Part shown: piece after piece, positions 1 to 10,807 of the stretch | How positions within the stretch are numbered: the stretch's first letter is position 1 | Layout: every line of letters starts with the position of its first letter | Assembly (NCBI GenBank): GCA_951406725.2 | Contig: OX597820.1 | Span: 31,372,001-31,436,000 of the forward strand | Direction of reading: 5' to 3' | Length of the DNA stretch: 64,000 nucleotides | Origin: Octopus vulgaris | Taxonomy: Eukaryota | Made by a program: the position numbers and the translations under genes | The notes under the pieces: model-generated | Databases searched by the model: none | Seen by the model: only the letters and a program-made list of their open reading frames with translations | What the model was told of the DNA's origin: nothing

Positions 1-413
1 CTTTCTCTTCCACCACACTTTTCTATCTTTATCTCACCATTCCAATCTTCCTTGTTCTCTCTTTTTTGATCTTCTTGTCTCATTTGTCTGTCTCTCATCT
101 CACTAACTTTCTCTCTCTCTCTCTCTCCGGCTTTCTGCCTTACTCTTCTACTTTCATTCTGTCTTCTTTTTCTCGCTACATTTCTCTGTCTTTCTCCATT
201 TCTCTGTATCTCTCTGACTATAATCTCTCTCCCTTGTTCTTCCCATTTCTTTCAATTTTTCTCTTTATCTGACTTTGGCTCACTTTCTCGTTCTCTCTCT
301 CCCTCCCTAAGTCTTTCTATGTCTCCTAAATTGCCCACTTATCTTTCTATCACTAGGTTTTACTATATTTCTGACTTTTTCTCTCTTCACATATGTGTGA
401 GCATATATATATA

Positions 414-590
414 TTCGTCTGTCGTTGTGTTCCGAGTTCAAATTCCGCCGAGGTCGACTTTGCCTTTCATCTTTCGGGGTCGATAAATTAAGGACCAGTT
501 ACGCACAGGGGTCGATGTAATCGACTTAATCCCTTTGTCTGTCCTTGTTTGTCCCCTCTGTGTTTAGCCCCTTGTGGGTAGTAAAGAAAT
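414..590 (+). mobile_element. SINE family B, 5'-truncated copy
   Basis: Matches the fuller copy at 56993-57223 (gagttcaaattccgccgaggtcgactttgcctttcatc...ccccttgtgggtagtaaagaaata). Contains a B-box-like gagttcaaattcc. Confidence 0.8.
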
Positions 591-957
591 ATATATATAT
601 ATATATATATGTCTTTTCCATCTTCTTTTCATTGTCTTTCTTCATTTCTACTTTTTATCTCATTCACTATCTATTTATTCCTCTACCTTTCACTTTTTGT
701 CTACTTTCCCTCCATATTATTCCTCCTTCTCGCCCTCTCTCTCTTACTATTCTATCTTGCCCCTCCTCCCTCCCTCTTATTCTTTCTATATCTCTCACTT
801 TTGCATTCACACACACACACACACTCTCTCTCTCTCTCTCTCTATTGATCTATCTAATCTGTTCAGTTTCCCTTTTTTCTCTTCCTCCTTTTCTGTATTT
901 TTTGGCTTACCCTACTCATTTTCTACCCTTTCTTTCTTTTTACTTTTGTTCATTTAG

Positions 958-1006
958 GTTAAGTGACGCCAGAGAATCCAAAAACCCTGTCTTCAGCGAC
1001 GTATGA
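958..1006 (+). CDS. Candidate terminal coding exon of an unidentified host gene (ends ...LSDARESKNPVFSDV-stop)
   Basis: Long polypyrimidine tract then tttag acceptor (AG 956-957). Only one frame stays open past the first codons. TGA at 1004-1006, unique sequence downstream, AATAAA at 1279-1284. No homology evidence. Confidence 0.3.
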
Positions 1007-2289
1007 AACACAGCCAAAATCACTTGTAACCCTGATACAAGCAGAGCTGTGTTGGCTCCTACATGCACAACCTCAGCAGACAGATTAATATTGGGCCCCT
1101 AGTCCTATGGGACCACAGACAACTAACCTGTGTGCCCATACCTTAGACCAGCATTGGAAGAAAAATTTTTAAATCAGGAATTTAGGAATAGGGATTTAGT
1201 TGACGAAAATCCACCCAAGCGCTTAACTTAGTACTTTATTTTACTAATCACCCACACTGGTACTTTATTTCACAGAATAATAAATACACATCCACTTTTA
1301 GTTGTACTTCACTCTTTCACACAGTATTCCTGTTTGCTGTCTCTCTTCTACACTTTTATATTCTCTTTCTCCCCCCCCCCCTTGAAATATTTCATTTTCC
1401 CCTCTTTCTCTTTTTTCTTTTTCTGTCCCGCTCTTCAGTCTCACTTGGCACTTTCTATCTTTCTCCTCTTATCTTTTTCTTACTCTCTCTCTCTCTCTCT
1501 CTCTCAGTAATTCTCTCTTTCTATTCATCTTTATCTCTCTTAATATTTTTAATTTTCTCACACACTCTCTCCCTCTTTCTCAGTTTCTCTACATATCTAT
1601 CTAGCTATCTACCTACCTACCTACTTCCCTTCCTCTTTCTTGCCCTTCCTTTCCAAATTTTTTGTGCTTTTAACCCTATTATCTTTCTTTCTTTTTTTTC
1701 ACTCTGTCCTGCTCTCCCTTCCTCTCTTTCTTACTATCTTACCCTCTCACCCATTGTCTTCTTTCTCTCACAGCCTTTTACTTTCTGCCTGTTTCACAGT
1801 TTAGACTCTCACTCTGTCCCTCCTCATCAAGTTTCTTCTCCACAAACCCGTTCATTGATATTCACACACTTATCTAATTGAGCATGCGCACACAAACACA
1901 CACACACAGTACATTCACAACTACTAAACATATGAAAACAATTGTGTAAATTAAACAATACAACTTAACAGTTAGATGTATATACATATGGAGAGAAAAA
2001 GCATTTTCACACAAACACATCATCATATGCAGACACAAACACAGAGATAAACTTGTCAACATATACATTTGTACATACCTGGTTCAATGGTATGTTGCAC
2101 ATATATGCATACATAATATACAAACAGATAGGTTGAAAGATATAAACAGAGATAGATAGAGAGATAGATAGATAGATAGATAGACAGATAGATAGATAGA
2201 TAAGCAGATGACAGGTAGGTAGGTAGATATATACATATAATTTTTACATCATTGATCAGACTATCGGACATGATTGTACACCACTGATC

Positions 2290-2503
2290 ACAATGTATTT
2301 TCTCATGTTGTGACTTTGGAAGAATGTTACCCTGCTAGCCAGGTGGGTAGGCCAACATTCCTCCATCACAAAGTTATCTATGTACAGTTGAGTGGACAGG
2401 AGCAACATGAACTGAAGTATTTTCTTCGAGAGTACAACACACCACCGGCCTGGGAATTGAAGCCACAACCTTGCAATTGTGAGCACAATGCCCTAACCAC
2501 TAG
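2290..2503 (-). mobile_element. Degenerate tRNA-derived SINE
   Basis: Reverse strand reads gtggttagggcattgtgctcacaattgcaaggttgtggcttcaattcccagg, a tRNA-like head similar to the copies at 9262 and 15391. Confidence 0.55.
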
Positions 2504-2819
2504 GCCGACTGGCCTCGTGCCGGTGGCACGTAAAAAGCACCATCCGTTCGTAGCCGTTGCCAACCTCGCCTGGCCCCTGTGCTGGTGGCCCTTAAAAAGC
2601 ACCATCTGATCATGGCCGTTTGCCAGACTCGCCTGGCACCTGTGCCAGTGGCACGTAAAAAGCACCCACTACACTCATGGAGTGGTTGGCATTAGGAAGG
2701 GCATCCAGCTGTAGAAACATTGTTGACTGGGCCTGGTGCAGCCTTCTGGCTTCCCAGACCCCAGTTGAACCGTCCAACCCATGCTAGCATGGAAAGCGGA
2801 CGCTAAACGATGATGATGA
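2504..2819 (+). mobile_element. 3' tail of the RTE-type LINE family, ending in (GAT)n
   Basis: Same sequence as the 3' UTR attached to the RT fragment at 49888-50850. Ends ccatgctagcatggaaagcggacgctaaacgatgatgatg. Confidence 0.8.
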
Positions 2820-3094
2820 GATATATATATATATATATATATATATGTTTCTCGTAGCACTAGGCCACTTGGTGTGGAATAAATATACTATTAAATTAGT
2901 ATCTAATTCTCTCACCCTTATTAATTAATTATAATTATGCTGCATTTATTTCTAAATGCTGTGTTTGTTTTCCGTGAGAGTTTGGCGCGCTGTTGGTTGG
3001 GGCATTTGAATTATAACGTCGGATGTAATCAATTGAGCCACACGCGTGTTTATCGTTATGGTAAAATCTGGCGTGTGATTGAGTGGATTTCATC

Positions 3095-3188
3095 CAGATG
3101 GTCTTGGCTGACGAGCTACAAATGGATTATTGTAAGTAATATTGCATTTAATTCATTAATAGCGAAACAATTGTCCCAAAATAATCTG
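3095..3188 (+). ncRNA. Type I hammerhead ribozyme, array unit 1
   Basis: Stem I TTGG 3104-3107/CCAA 3176-3179, extendable to 3095/3188. Core CTGACGA 3108-3114. Stem II GCTA/TAGC. GAAA 3164-3167. Palindromic stem III ACAATTGT. Cleavage triplet GUC ends at 3175. Confidence 0.88.
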
Positions 3189-3627
3189 TATTTTTGTTAT
3201 TTTTTATTTGCCCTGTCCGTGTGAGCTAACAGTCGTACTGGCTTTCATGGGAAACATGTATTTTCGTGGTTGAAACCTTTTGGATTAACTGGTGCTAGAG
3301 TGATCAATATAGTGACCACTCTCTTATATTTATTTTGTGAAAATATTATAATATGTTATAAAATATTATAATAATCCAGGTTTCTCGTAGCACTAGGCCA
3401 CTTGGTGTGGAATAAATATACTATTAAATTAGTATCTAATTCTCTCACCCTTATTAATTAATTATAATTATGCTGCATTTATTTCTAAATGCTGTGTTTG
3501 TTTTCCGTGAGAGTTTGGCGCGCTGTTGGTTGGGGCATTTGAATTATAACGTCGGATGTAATCAATTGAGCCACACGCGTGTTTATCGTTATGGTAAAAT
3601 CTGGCGTGTGATTGAGTGGATTTCATC

Positions 3628-3721
3628 CAGATGGTCTTGGCTGACGAGCTACAAATGGATTATTGTAAGTAATATTGCATTTAATTCATTAATAGCGAAA
3701 CAATTGTCCCAAAATAATCTG
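3628..3721 (+). ncRNA. Type I hammerhead ribozyme, array unit 2
   Basis: Same sequence as unit 1; predicted cleavage after 3708. Confidence 0.88.
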
Positions 3722-4160
3722 TATTTTTGTTATTTTTTATTTGCCCTGTCCGTGTGAGCTAACAGTCGTACTGGCTTTCATGGGAAACATGTATTTTCGT
3801 GGTTGAAACCTTTTGGATTAACTGGTGCTAGAGTGATCAATATAGTGACCACTCTCTTATATTTATTTTGTGAAAATATTATAATATGTTATAAAATATT
3901 ATAATAATCCAGGTTTCTCGTAGCACTAGGCCACTTGGTGTGGAATAAATATACTATTAAATTAGTATCTAATTCTCTCACCCTTATTAATTAATTATAA
4001 TTATGCTGCATTTATTTCTAAATGCTGTGTTTGTTTTCCGTGAGAGTTTGGCGTGCTGTTGGTTGGGGCATTTGAATTATAACGTCGGATGTAATCAATT
4101 GAGCCACACGCGTGTTTATCGTTATGGTAAAATCTGGCGTGTGATTGAGTGGATTTCATC

Positions 4161-4254
4161 CAGATGGTCTTGGCTGACGAGCTACAAATGGATTATTGTA
4201 AGTAATATTGCATTTAATTCATTAATAGCGAAACAATTGTCCCAAAATAATCTG
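4161..4254 (+). ncRNA. Type I hammerhead ribozyme, array unit 3
   Basis: Same sequence as unit 1; predicted cleavage after 4241. Confidence 0.88.
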
Positions 4255-4699
4255 TATTTTTGTTATTTTTTATTTGCCCTGTCCGTGTGAGCTAACAGTC
4301 GTACTGGCTTTCATGGGAAACATGTATTTTCGTGGTTGAAACCTTTTGGATTAACTGGTGCTAGAGTGATCAATATAGTGACCACTCTCTTATATTTATA
4401 TTTATTTTGTGAAAATATTATAATATGTTATAAAATATTATAATAATCCAGGTTTCTCGTAGCACTAGGCCACTTGGTGTGGAATAAATATACTATTAAA
4501 TTAGTATCTAATTCTCTCACCCTTATTAATTAATTATAATTATGCTGCATTTATTTCTAAATGCTGTGTTTGTTTTCCGTGAGAGTTTGGCGCGCTGTTG
4601 GTTGGGGCATTTGAATTATAACGTCGGATGTAATCAATTGAGCCACACGCGTGTTTATCGTTATGGTAAAATCTGGCGTGTGATTGAGTGGATTTCATC

Positions 4700-4793
4700 C
4701 AGATGGTCTTGGCTGACGAGCTACAAATGGATTATTGTAAGTAATATTGCATTTAATTCATTAATAGCGAAACAATTGTCCCAAAATAATCTG
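4700..4793 (+). ncRNA. Type I hammerhead ribozyme, array unit 4
   Basis: Same sequence as unit 1; predicted cleavage after 4780. Confidence 0.88.
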
Positions 4794-5238
4794 TATTTTT
4801 GTTATTTTTTATTTGCCCTGTCCGTGTGAGCTAACAGTCGTACTGGCTTTCATGGGAAACATGTATTTTCGTGGTTGAAACCTTTTGGATTAACTGGTGC
4901 TAGAGTGATCAATATAGTGACCACTCTCTTATATTTATATTTATTTTGTGAAAATATTATAATATGTTATAAAATATTATAATAATCCAGGTTTCTCGTA
5001 GCACTAGGCCACTTGGTGTGGAATAAATATACTATTAAATTAGTATCTAATTCTCTCACCCTTATTAATTAATTATAATTATGCTGCATTTATTTCTAAA
5101 TGCTGTGTTTGTTTTCCGTGAGAGTTTGGCGCGCTGTTGGTTGGGGCATTTGAATTATAACGTCGGATGTAATCAATTGAGCCACACGCGTGTTTATCGT
5201 TATGGTAAAATCTGGCGTGTGATTGAGTGGATTTCATC

Positions 5239-5332
5239 CAGATGGTCTTGGCTGACGAGCTACAAATGGATTATTGTAAGTAATATTGCATTTAATTCAT
5301 TAATAGCGAAACAATTGTCCCAAAATAATCTG
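5239..5332 (+). ncRNA. Type I hammerhead ribozyme, array unit 5
   Basis: Same sequence as unit 1; predicted cleavage after 5319. Confidence 0.88.
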
Positions 5333-5777
5333 TATTTTTGTTATTTTTTATTTGCCCTGTCCGTGTGAGCTAACAGTCGTACTGGCTTTCATGGGAAACA
5401 TGTATTTTCGTGGTTGAAACCTTTTGGATTAACTGGTGCTAGAGTGATCAATATAGTGACCACTCTCTTATATTTATATTTATTTTGTGAAAATATTATA
5501 ATATGTTATAAAATATTATAATAATCCAGGTTTCTCGTAGCACTAGGCCACTTGGTGTGGAATAAATATACTATTAAATTAGTATCTAATTCTCTCACCC
5601 TTATTAATTAATTATAATTATGCTGCATTTATTTCTAAATGCTGTGTTTGTTTTCCGTGAGAGTTTGGCGCGCTGTTGGTTGGGGCATTTGAATTATAAC
5701 GTCGGATGTAATCAATTGAGCCACACGCGTGTTTATCGTTATGGTAAAATCTGGCGTGTGATTGAGTGGATTTCATC

Positions 5778-5871
5778 CAGATGGTCTTGGCTGACGAGCT
5801 ACAAATGGATTATTGTAAGTAATATTGCATTTAATTCATTAATAGCGAAACAATTGTCCCAAAATAATCTG
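5778..5871 (+). ncRNA. Type I hammerhead ribozyme, array unit 6
   Basis: Same sequence as unit 1; predicted cleavage after 5858. Confidence 0.88.
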
Positions 5872-6316
5872 TATTTTTGTTATTTTTTATTTGCCCTGTC
5901 CGTGTGAGCTAACAGTCGTACTGGCTTTCATGGGAAACATGTATTTTCGTGGTTGAAACCTTTTGGATTAACTGGTGCTAGAGTGATCAATATAGTGACC
6001 ACTCTCTTATATTTATATTTATTTTGTGAAAATATTATAATATGTTATAAAATATTATAATAATCCAGGTTTCTCGTAGCACTAGGCCACTTGGTGTGGA
6101 ATAAATATACTATTAAATTAGTATCTAATTCTCTCACCCTTATTAATTAATTATAATTATGCTGCATTTATTTCTAAATGCTGTGTTTGTTTTCCGTGAG
6201 AGTTTGGCGCGCTGTTGGTTGGGGCATTTGAATTATAACGTCGGATGTAATCAATTGAGCCACACGCGTGTTTATCGTTATGGTAAAATCTGGCGTGTGA
6301 TTGAGTGGATTTCATC

Positions 6317-6410
6317 CAGATGGTCTTGGCTGACGAGCTACAAATGGATTATTGTAAGTAATATTGCATTTAATTCATTAATAGCGAAACAATTGTCCCA
6401 AAATAATCTG
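6317..6410 (+). ncRNA. Type I hammerhead ribozyme, array unit 7
   Basis: Same sequence as unit 1; predicted cleavage after 6397. Confidence 0.88.
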
Positions 6411-6855
6411 TATTTTTGTTATTTTTTATTTGCCCTGTCCGTGTGAGCTAACAGTCGTACTGGCTTTCATGGGAAACATGTATTTTCGTGGTTGAAACCT
6501 TTTGGATTAACTGGTGCTAGAGTGATCAATATAGTGACCACTCTCTTATATTTATATTTATTTTGTGAAAATATTATAATATGTTATAAAATATTATAAT
6601 AATCCAGGTTTCTCGTAGCACTAGGCCACTTGGTGTGGAATAAATATACTATTAAATTAGTATCTAATTCTCTCACCCTTATTAATTAATTATAATTATG
6701 CTGCATTTATTTCTAAATGCTGTGTTTGTTTTCCGTGAGAGTTTGGCGCGCTGTTGGTTGGGGCATTTGAATTATAACGTCGGATGTAATCAATTGAGCC
6801 ACACGCGTGTTTATCGTTATGGTAAAATCTGGCGTGTGATTGAGTGGATTTCATC

Positions 6856-6949
6856 CAGATGGTCTTGGCTGACGAGCTACAAATGGATTATTGTAAGTAA
6901 TATTGCATTTAATTCATTAATAGCGAAACAATTGTCCCAAAATAATCTG
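6856..6949 (+). ncRNA. Type I hammerhead ribozyme, array unit 8
   Basis: Same sequence as unit 1; predicted cleavage after 6936. Confidence 0.88.
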
Positions 6950-7485
6950 TATTTTTGTTATTTTTTATTTGCCCTGTCCGTGTGAGCTAACAGTCGTACT
7001 GGCTTTCATGGGAAACATGTATTTTCGTGGTTGAAACCTTTTGGATTAACTGGTGCTAGAGTGATCAATATAGTGACCACTCTCTTATATTTATTTTGTG
7101 AAAATATTATAATATGTTATAAAATATTATAATAATCCAGGTTTCTCGTAGCACTAGGCCACTTGGTGTGGAATAAATATACTATTAAATTAGTATCTAA
7201 TTCTCTCACCCTTATTAATTAATTATACACATATATATATATATACACATATGCAGTTAATCAAAGCCGGGTAGATTTGTTATTTTTTTCTCTTTACCTG
7301 CGTGAGTTGTTGAGTATTTCTGTCTGGGAGATTTTTTTATGGTAGTGAAATAGTTAGTTTTAACTGCTATTTCTAAATTTCAGTATGTGGTGAAGCAAAT
7401 TTTTGATGAACCCTAATTATAATTATACTCATAATTATATAATTTTTGTGTGTGTATATATACATACATACATATATCTACATAC

Positions 7486-7538
<53 letters not shown>

Positions 7539-7559
7539 CATGCATATATACATATATAT

Positions 7560-8175
7560 AAAACAGCTGTTTGGGTGTGCGTTCATCCACCATTTGAACA
7601 ACATGGACACTCCATCTCATTTAGTTTTTCAGAATGTATATTTAATGTAGCTGGTTTCAGCTCTAATGTTGATGCAGATACAAGGACATCTGTGTTTGGA
7701 GTAAAAGAACTCCATTTTATATTTAAAATGCGATGAAGGCATTTTTGGTGGAATTGTCCAAACAATGTGAAATGTCTTTCATTACATGTCTATGTTCCAG
7801 AAGAATACAACAGGGATTGTAGGACAAATGATTTGTAAAGAGCTAATTTGTACTGTTATTTACATATCGTTGGTGCCAAACATGTAACTCCAAGCCACCA
7901 AATTCTTGTGCTGCTCTTTGAATTTGCAGATGTATTTCTGTATCCAGATTTCCATCATTTTGAACATAGACAGATGAAAGAATCAACAATCTCAAGTAAC
8001 TTACCCTTAACAAAAATTTTAGTGGGGTTACAAACAGCACCACATGCAAGTTCATACATTACAACTGTTTTTCTCAAGTTGATGGTCAAGCCAAAATCAT
8101 CATAAGCTGAGTCAAATGCAGATACAAGAGATTGCAGACCTGTTTCAGAATGACTGATTAAATTGCAACCGTCAG

Positions 8176-8178
<3 letters not shown>
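7560..8178 (-). pseudogene. Decayed RTE-clade LINE reverse transcriptase (C-terminal half)
   Basis: Frameshifted pieces ADGCNLISHSETGLQ...[46 protein letters not shown] and [20 protein letters not shown] follow the order of RTE RT/thumb motifs. Confidence 0.8.
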
Positions 8179-8217
<39 letters not shown>

Positions 8218-8649
8218 CAGAAATGAAAAACAAAACAATAAATTGAACCATTATAAATTCAATTCAATTTAAATATTTTGTACAAACAAAATTACACTTC
8301 TCATAAATTACAGCTGCTTCTGCTTCATTAATAAAATTAAGTTTTTCAAGAATAATCAAATCCATTTAAATATGTAATGATGCTTCATCAGATAGACATA
8401 TCTGCTTAAATATTTGACAAAAAATATCAAATGAAAATATTTATCATTTCCTAAATCTTTACAAAAATGCTTTATAAGACTGAGCTTAATCATAAAAAGT
8501 AAATAATCTAACAAAAATTTTGTGTCAGGCAACTGTGTAAAAGAGGGAAAATGTTCTGTCACCCTATGGATAGCTGTACAACGGTAGCAGCTATTTTTCA
8601 TGATGTATCAAATGTTGAACTCAGCAGGGAAATACAACCAGTTTTAGTT

Positions 8650-9265
8650 ACTTGGATTCTGCTCTCATTCATGGTAACCTTGATTCTGAGTTAAAGAAAC
8701 AAATAATCACTCATCTAACTGACTTGGAAACAGAATTCATCAGATACTTCCCAGATACAGATAAAAAGTCTGAAGCTTGGAAATTCATCAGGAACCCATT
8801 TCAGTGTGAAGTGACTGATATTTGGGATGAAGTGCAAGAGAAGTTTCTTCAGCTAAGTCCATCTCCCTAGCTAAAGAAGACTTCAAAGAACTGGATCTTG
8901 AAATGTTCTGGATCAAGTATCTTCCTGTTTACCCTCTGATCTCATATCAGGCTCTTTGTGAAGCTGCATTTTCCATGCTCATTGCTATCAAGACTAAATA
9001 CAGAAACAGGCTGAATGAGCTACAAGATCTTGTGGCTAAGAAGCAGTGTCAAGTACCTCACTTTTTGTATAATGTGATTATATATAAAATTATACATATT
9101 TTCTATAATGTAACTAATTCATATTCAATAAAAAGACTAAAAACATATTTTAGATTTTATTTAAAATCTAGGAGGAAATTTTTATTCATAGATGCAGGAA
9201 GGGGGCGTAGAGAGAAGGCCAAATTCCTAGGGGAGGCATGGTAGTAAAAAGGTTAAGAACCACTA
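8650..9265 (+). mobile_element. hAT (Buster/Charlie-like) transposon 3' remnant with dimerization domain
   Basis: HLTDLETEFIRYFP, IRNPF, FWIK...YPLIS and LCEAAFSMLIAIKTKYRNRL. Terminal aaaaaggttaagaaccact resembles a hAT TIR. Internal stop codon present. Confidence 0.85.
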
Positions 9266-9592
9266 GGTTAGAGCATCGGGCTTACATTCATTAGGTAGTG
9301 AGTTTGATTCTCAGGCCAGGCTATGTGTTGTGTTCTTGAGCAAGACACTTTATTTGTTGTTACTCCAGTTCACTCAGCTGTTGAAAGGAGTTGCGATGTC
9401 ATTGGTACCAAGCTGCATCAGCTTTGCCTTTCCCTAGGATAACATCAGCGGTATGGAGAGGGAAGGTTGATATGCATGGATGACTGCTGGTCTTCCATAA
9501 ACAATCTTACTGGACTTGGGCCTCAGAGAGTAACTTTCTAGATGCAATCGCATGGTCATTTATGACCAAAGCGGGAGGGAGTGTCTTTACCC
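9262..9592 (+). mobile_element. tRNA-derived SINE family C
   Basis: Diverged homologue of 15391-15726 (gtgttcttgagcaagacacttt...aactttctag). Confidence 0.75.
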
Positions 9593-9999
9593 TTTAACTA
9601 TATAGAGAAAAGATTATATATTTATGGATAATTAGAAATAGATTCATAATAGATAAATTGGCATGTACAGAGGACTGATAACAAAATGGCACACACAAAT
9701 ATATATGTGTGTGTACCAAAGATCAAAAAATAAAAAGAACAAAGTTCACGATCAATGTCATTAGTTTGATGCGCAGGGAAAAGGATAGTGTTAATGGTTG
9801 TAACCTATAACATTTTGGACATGGTACTTTTTTGGATAATGGAGAAAGAGAAGAAAAGACCAAGTGTAACTGGAAAAGGGTTGAAGAGGAAAACAACTGG
9901 GAAAAAGAAATACAATTCCAGTGAGAGAAACCATGTGGTATTGGTGTACATGTTTGGCTAGTACACACGCACACAGAGGTATAATAATAATTATAATAA

Positions 10000-10420
10000 T
10001 AATAATTGTGTACAGTGCTCCGGTGCACTACAACTCATCTAAAGTGTATATATAATCAGGTGTAGTTTCGGCGGATTTCGGAAAGCATGAGGGCCTTAAA
10101 GGATGTAGTGTCATGGCAGTCAACAACTGACGCAGGCAGTTTATTCCATGCTTCAGCAACTCTGAGCATGAAAAAATGTTTCCGAAAGTCATGGGAGCTG
10201 TGTTGTTTTCTGACTTTGTAGGCATGTCCACGTGTGTTAGACACATGGAGATCAAAAAGGTGTTCAGTGTTGTTGTTGGTGAGGTGGTTGATAACTTTGT
10301 GGGTGTTTACCAAGTCCGTCGCCAGACGCGGGAGCTTCAGTGAATCCATGCCCAAGGAAACAAGGCGCTCAGAATATGGTAGGTGCCTGATGGAGGGTAT
10401 GCGTTTGGTTGCACGTATGA
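10000..10420 (-). pseudogene. CR1/L2-type LINE ORF2 C-terminus and 3' end
   Basis: RATKRIPSIRHLPYSERL...TRGHAYKV...RKHFFMLRVAEAWNKLP matches the conserved CR1-group C-terminus. Confidence 0.85.
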
Positions 10421-10747
10421 TAGATGTGCTCAATGTGTGACAATTAACCATACAGGTTTCAGCTCTAATGTTGATCATATTAGTCGTATGTTTCTTTTTT
10501 GATTGTTTATCAAAGTGTTTGCTCCACACTGGCCGAATAAGCTGCATCTTGTAATGTCATACTTTGTGTTGCTAAATGCTAAAACCTATGTAACAACTGA
10601 AACAAAGGAGTACCAAGTTATGCTCGAGGAGCTGGATGTGGTTTTCACTCATGCACGAGACTTAAGCAACATGAGGAGCAAAGTCAACTTGTTACTCAAT
10701 AAAGACAACTTCAGCTATGTGTTGAGTGCTACTTCTCTTTGTTTGTT

Positions 10748-10786
<39 letters not shown>

Positions 10787-10807
10787 TTATATATGTGTGT
10801 GAATATA

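Larger units (their letters stand above)
2847..7227 (+). repeat. Tandem array of 8 full units (533/539 bp) plus an 87-bp partial unit; hammerhead-bearing retrozyme-like repeat
   Basis: Units start (gtttctcgtagcactagg) at 2847, 3380, 3913, 4452, 4991, 5530, 6069, 6608 and 7141. Units 1, 2 and 8 are 533 bp; units 3-7 are 539 bp (6-bp AT-rich duplication). TA-rich microsatellite on both flanks. Confidence 0.97.

Noticed and set aside
2521-2670. Short repeats (ggtggcacgtaaaaagcacc) with dissimilar spacers, CRISPR-like in appearance
   Set aside because: They are internal to a multi-copy eukaryotic LINE 3' UTR, only a few degenerate units per copy, and no cas genes are present.
2847-7227. Array as a tandem protein-coding, 5S rRNA, snRNA or tRNA gene cluster
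   Set aside because: No recognisable structural RNA gene or protein family in the unit; the hammerhead explains it better.
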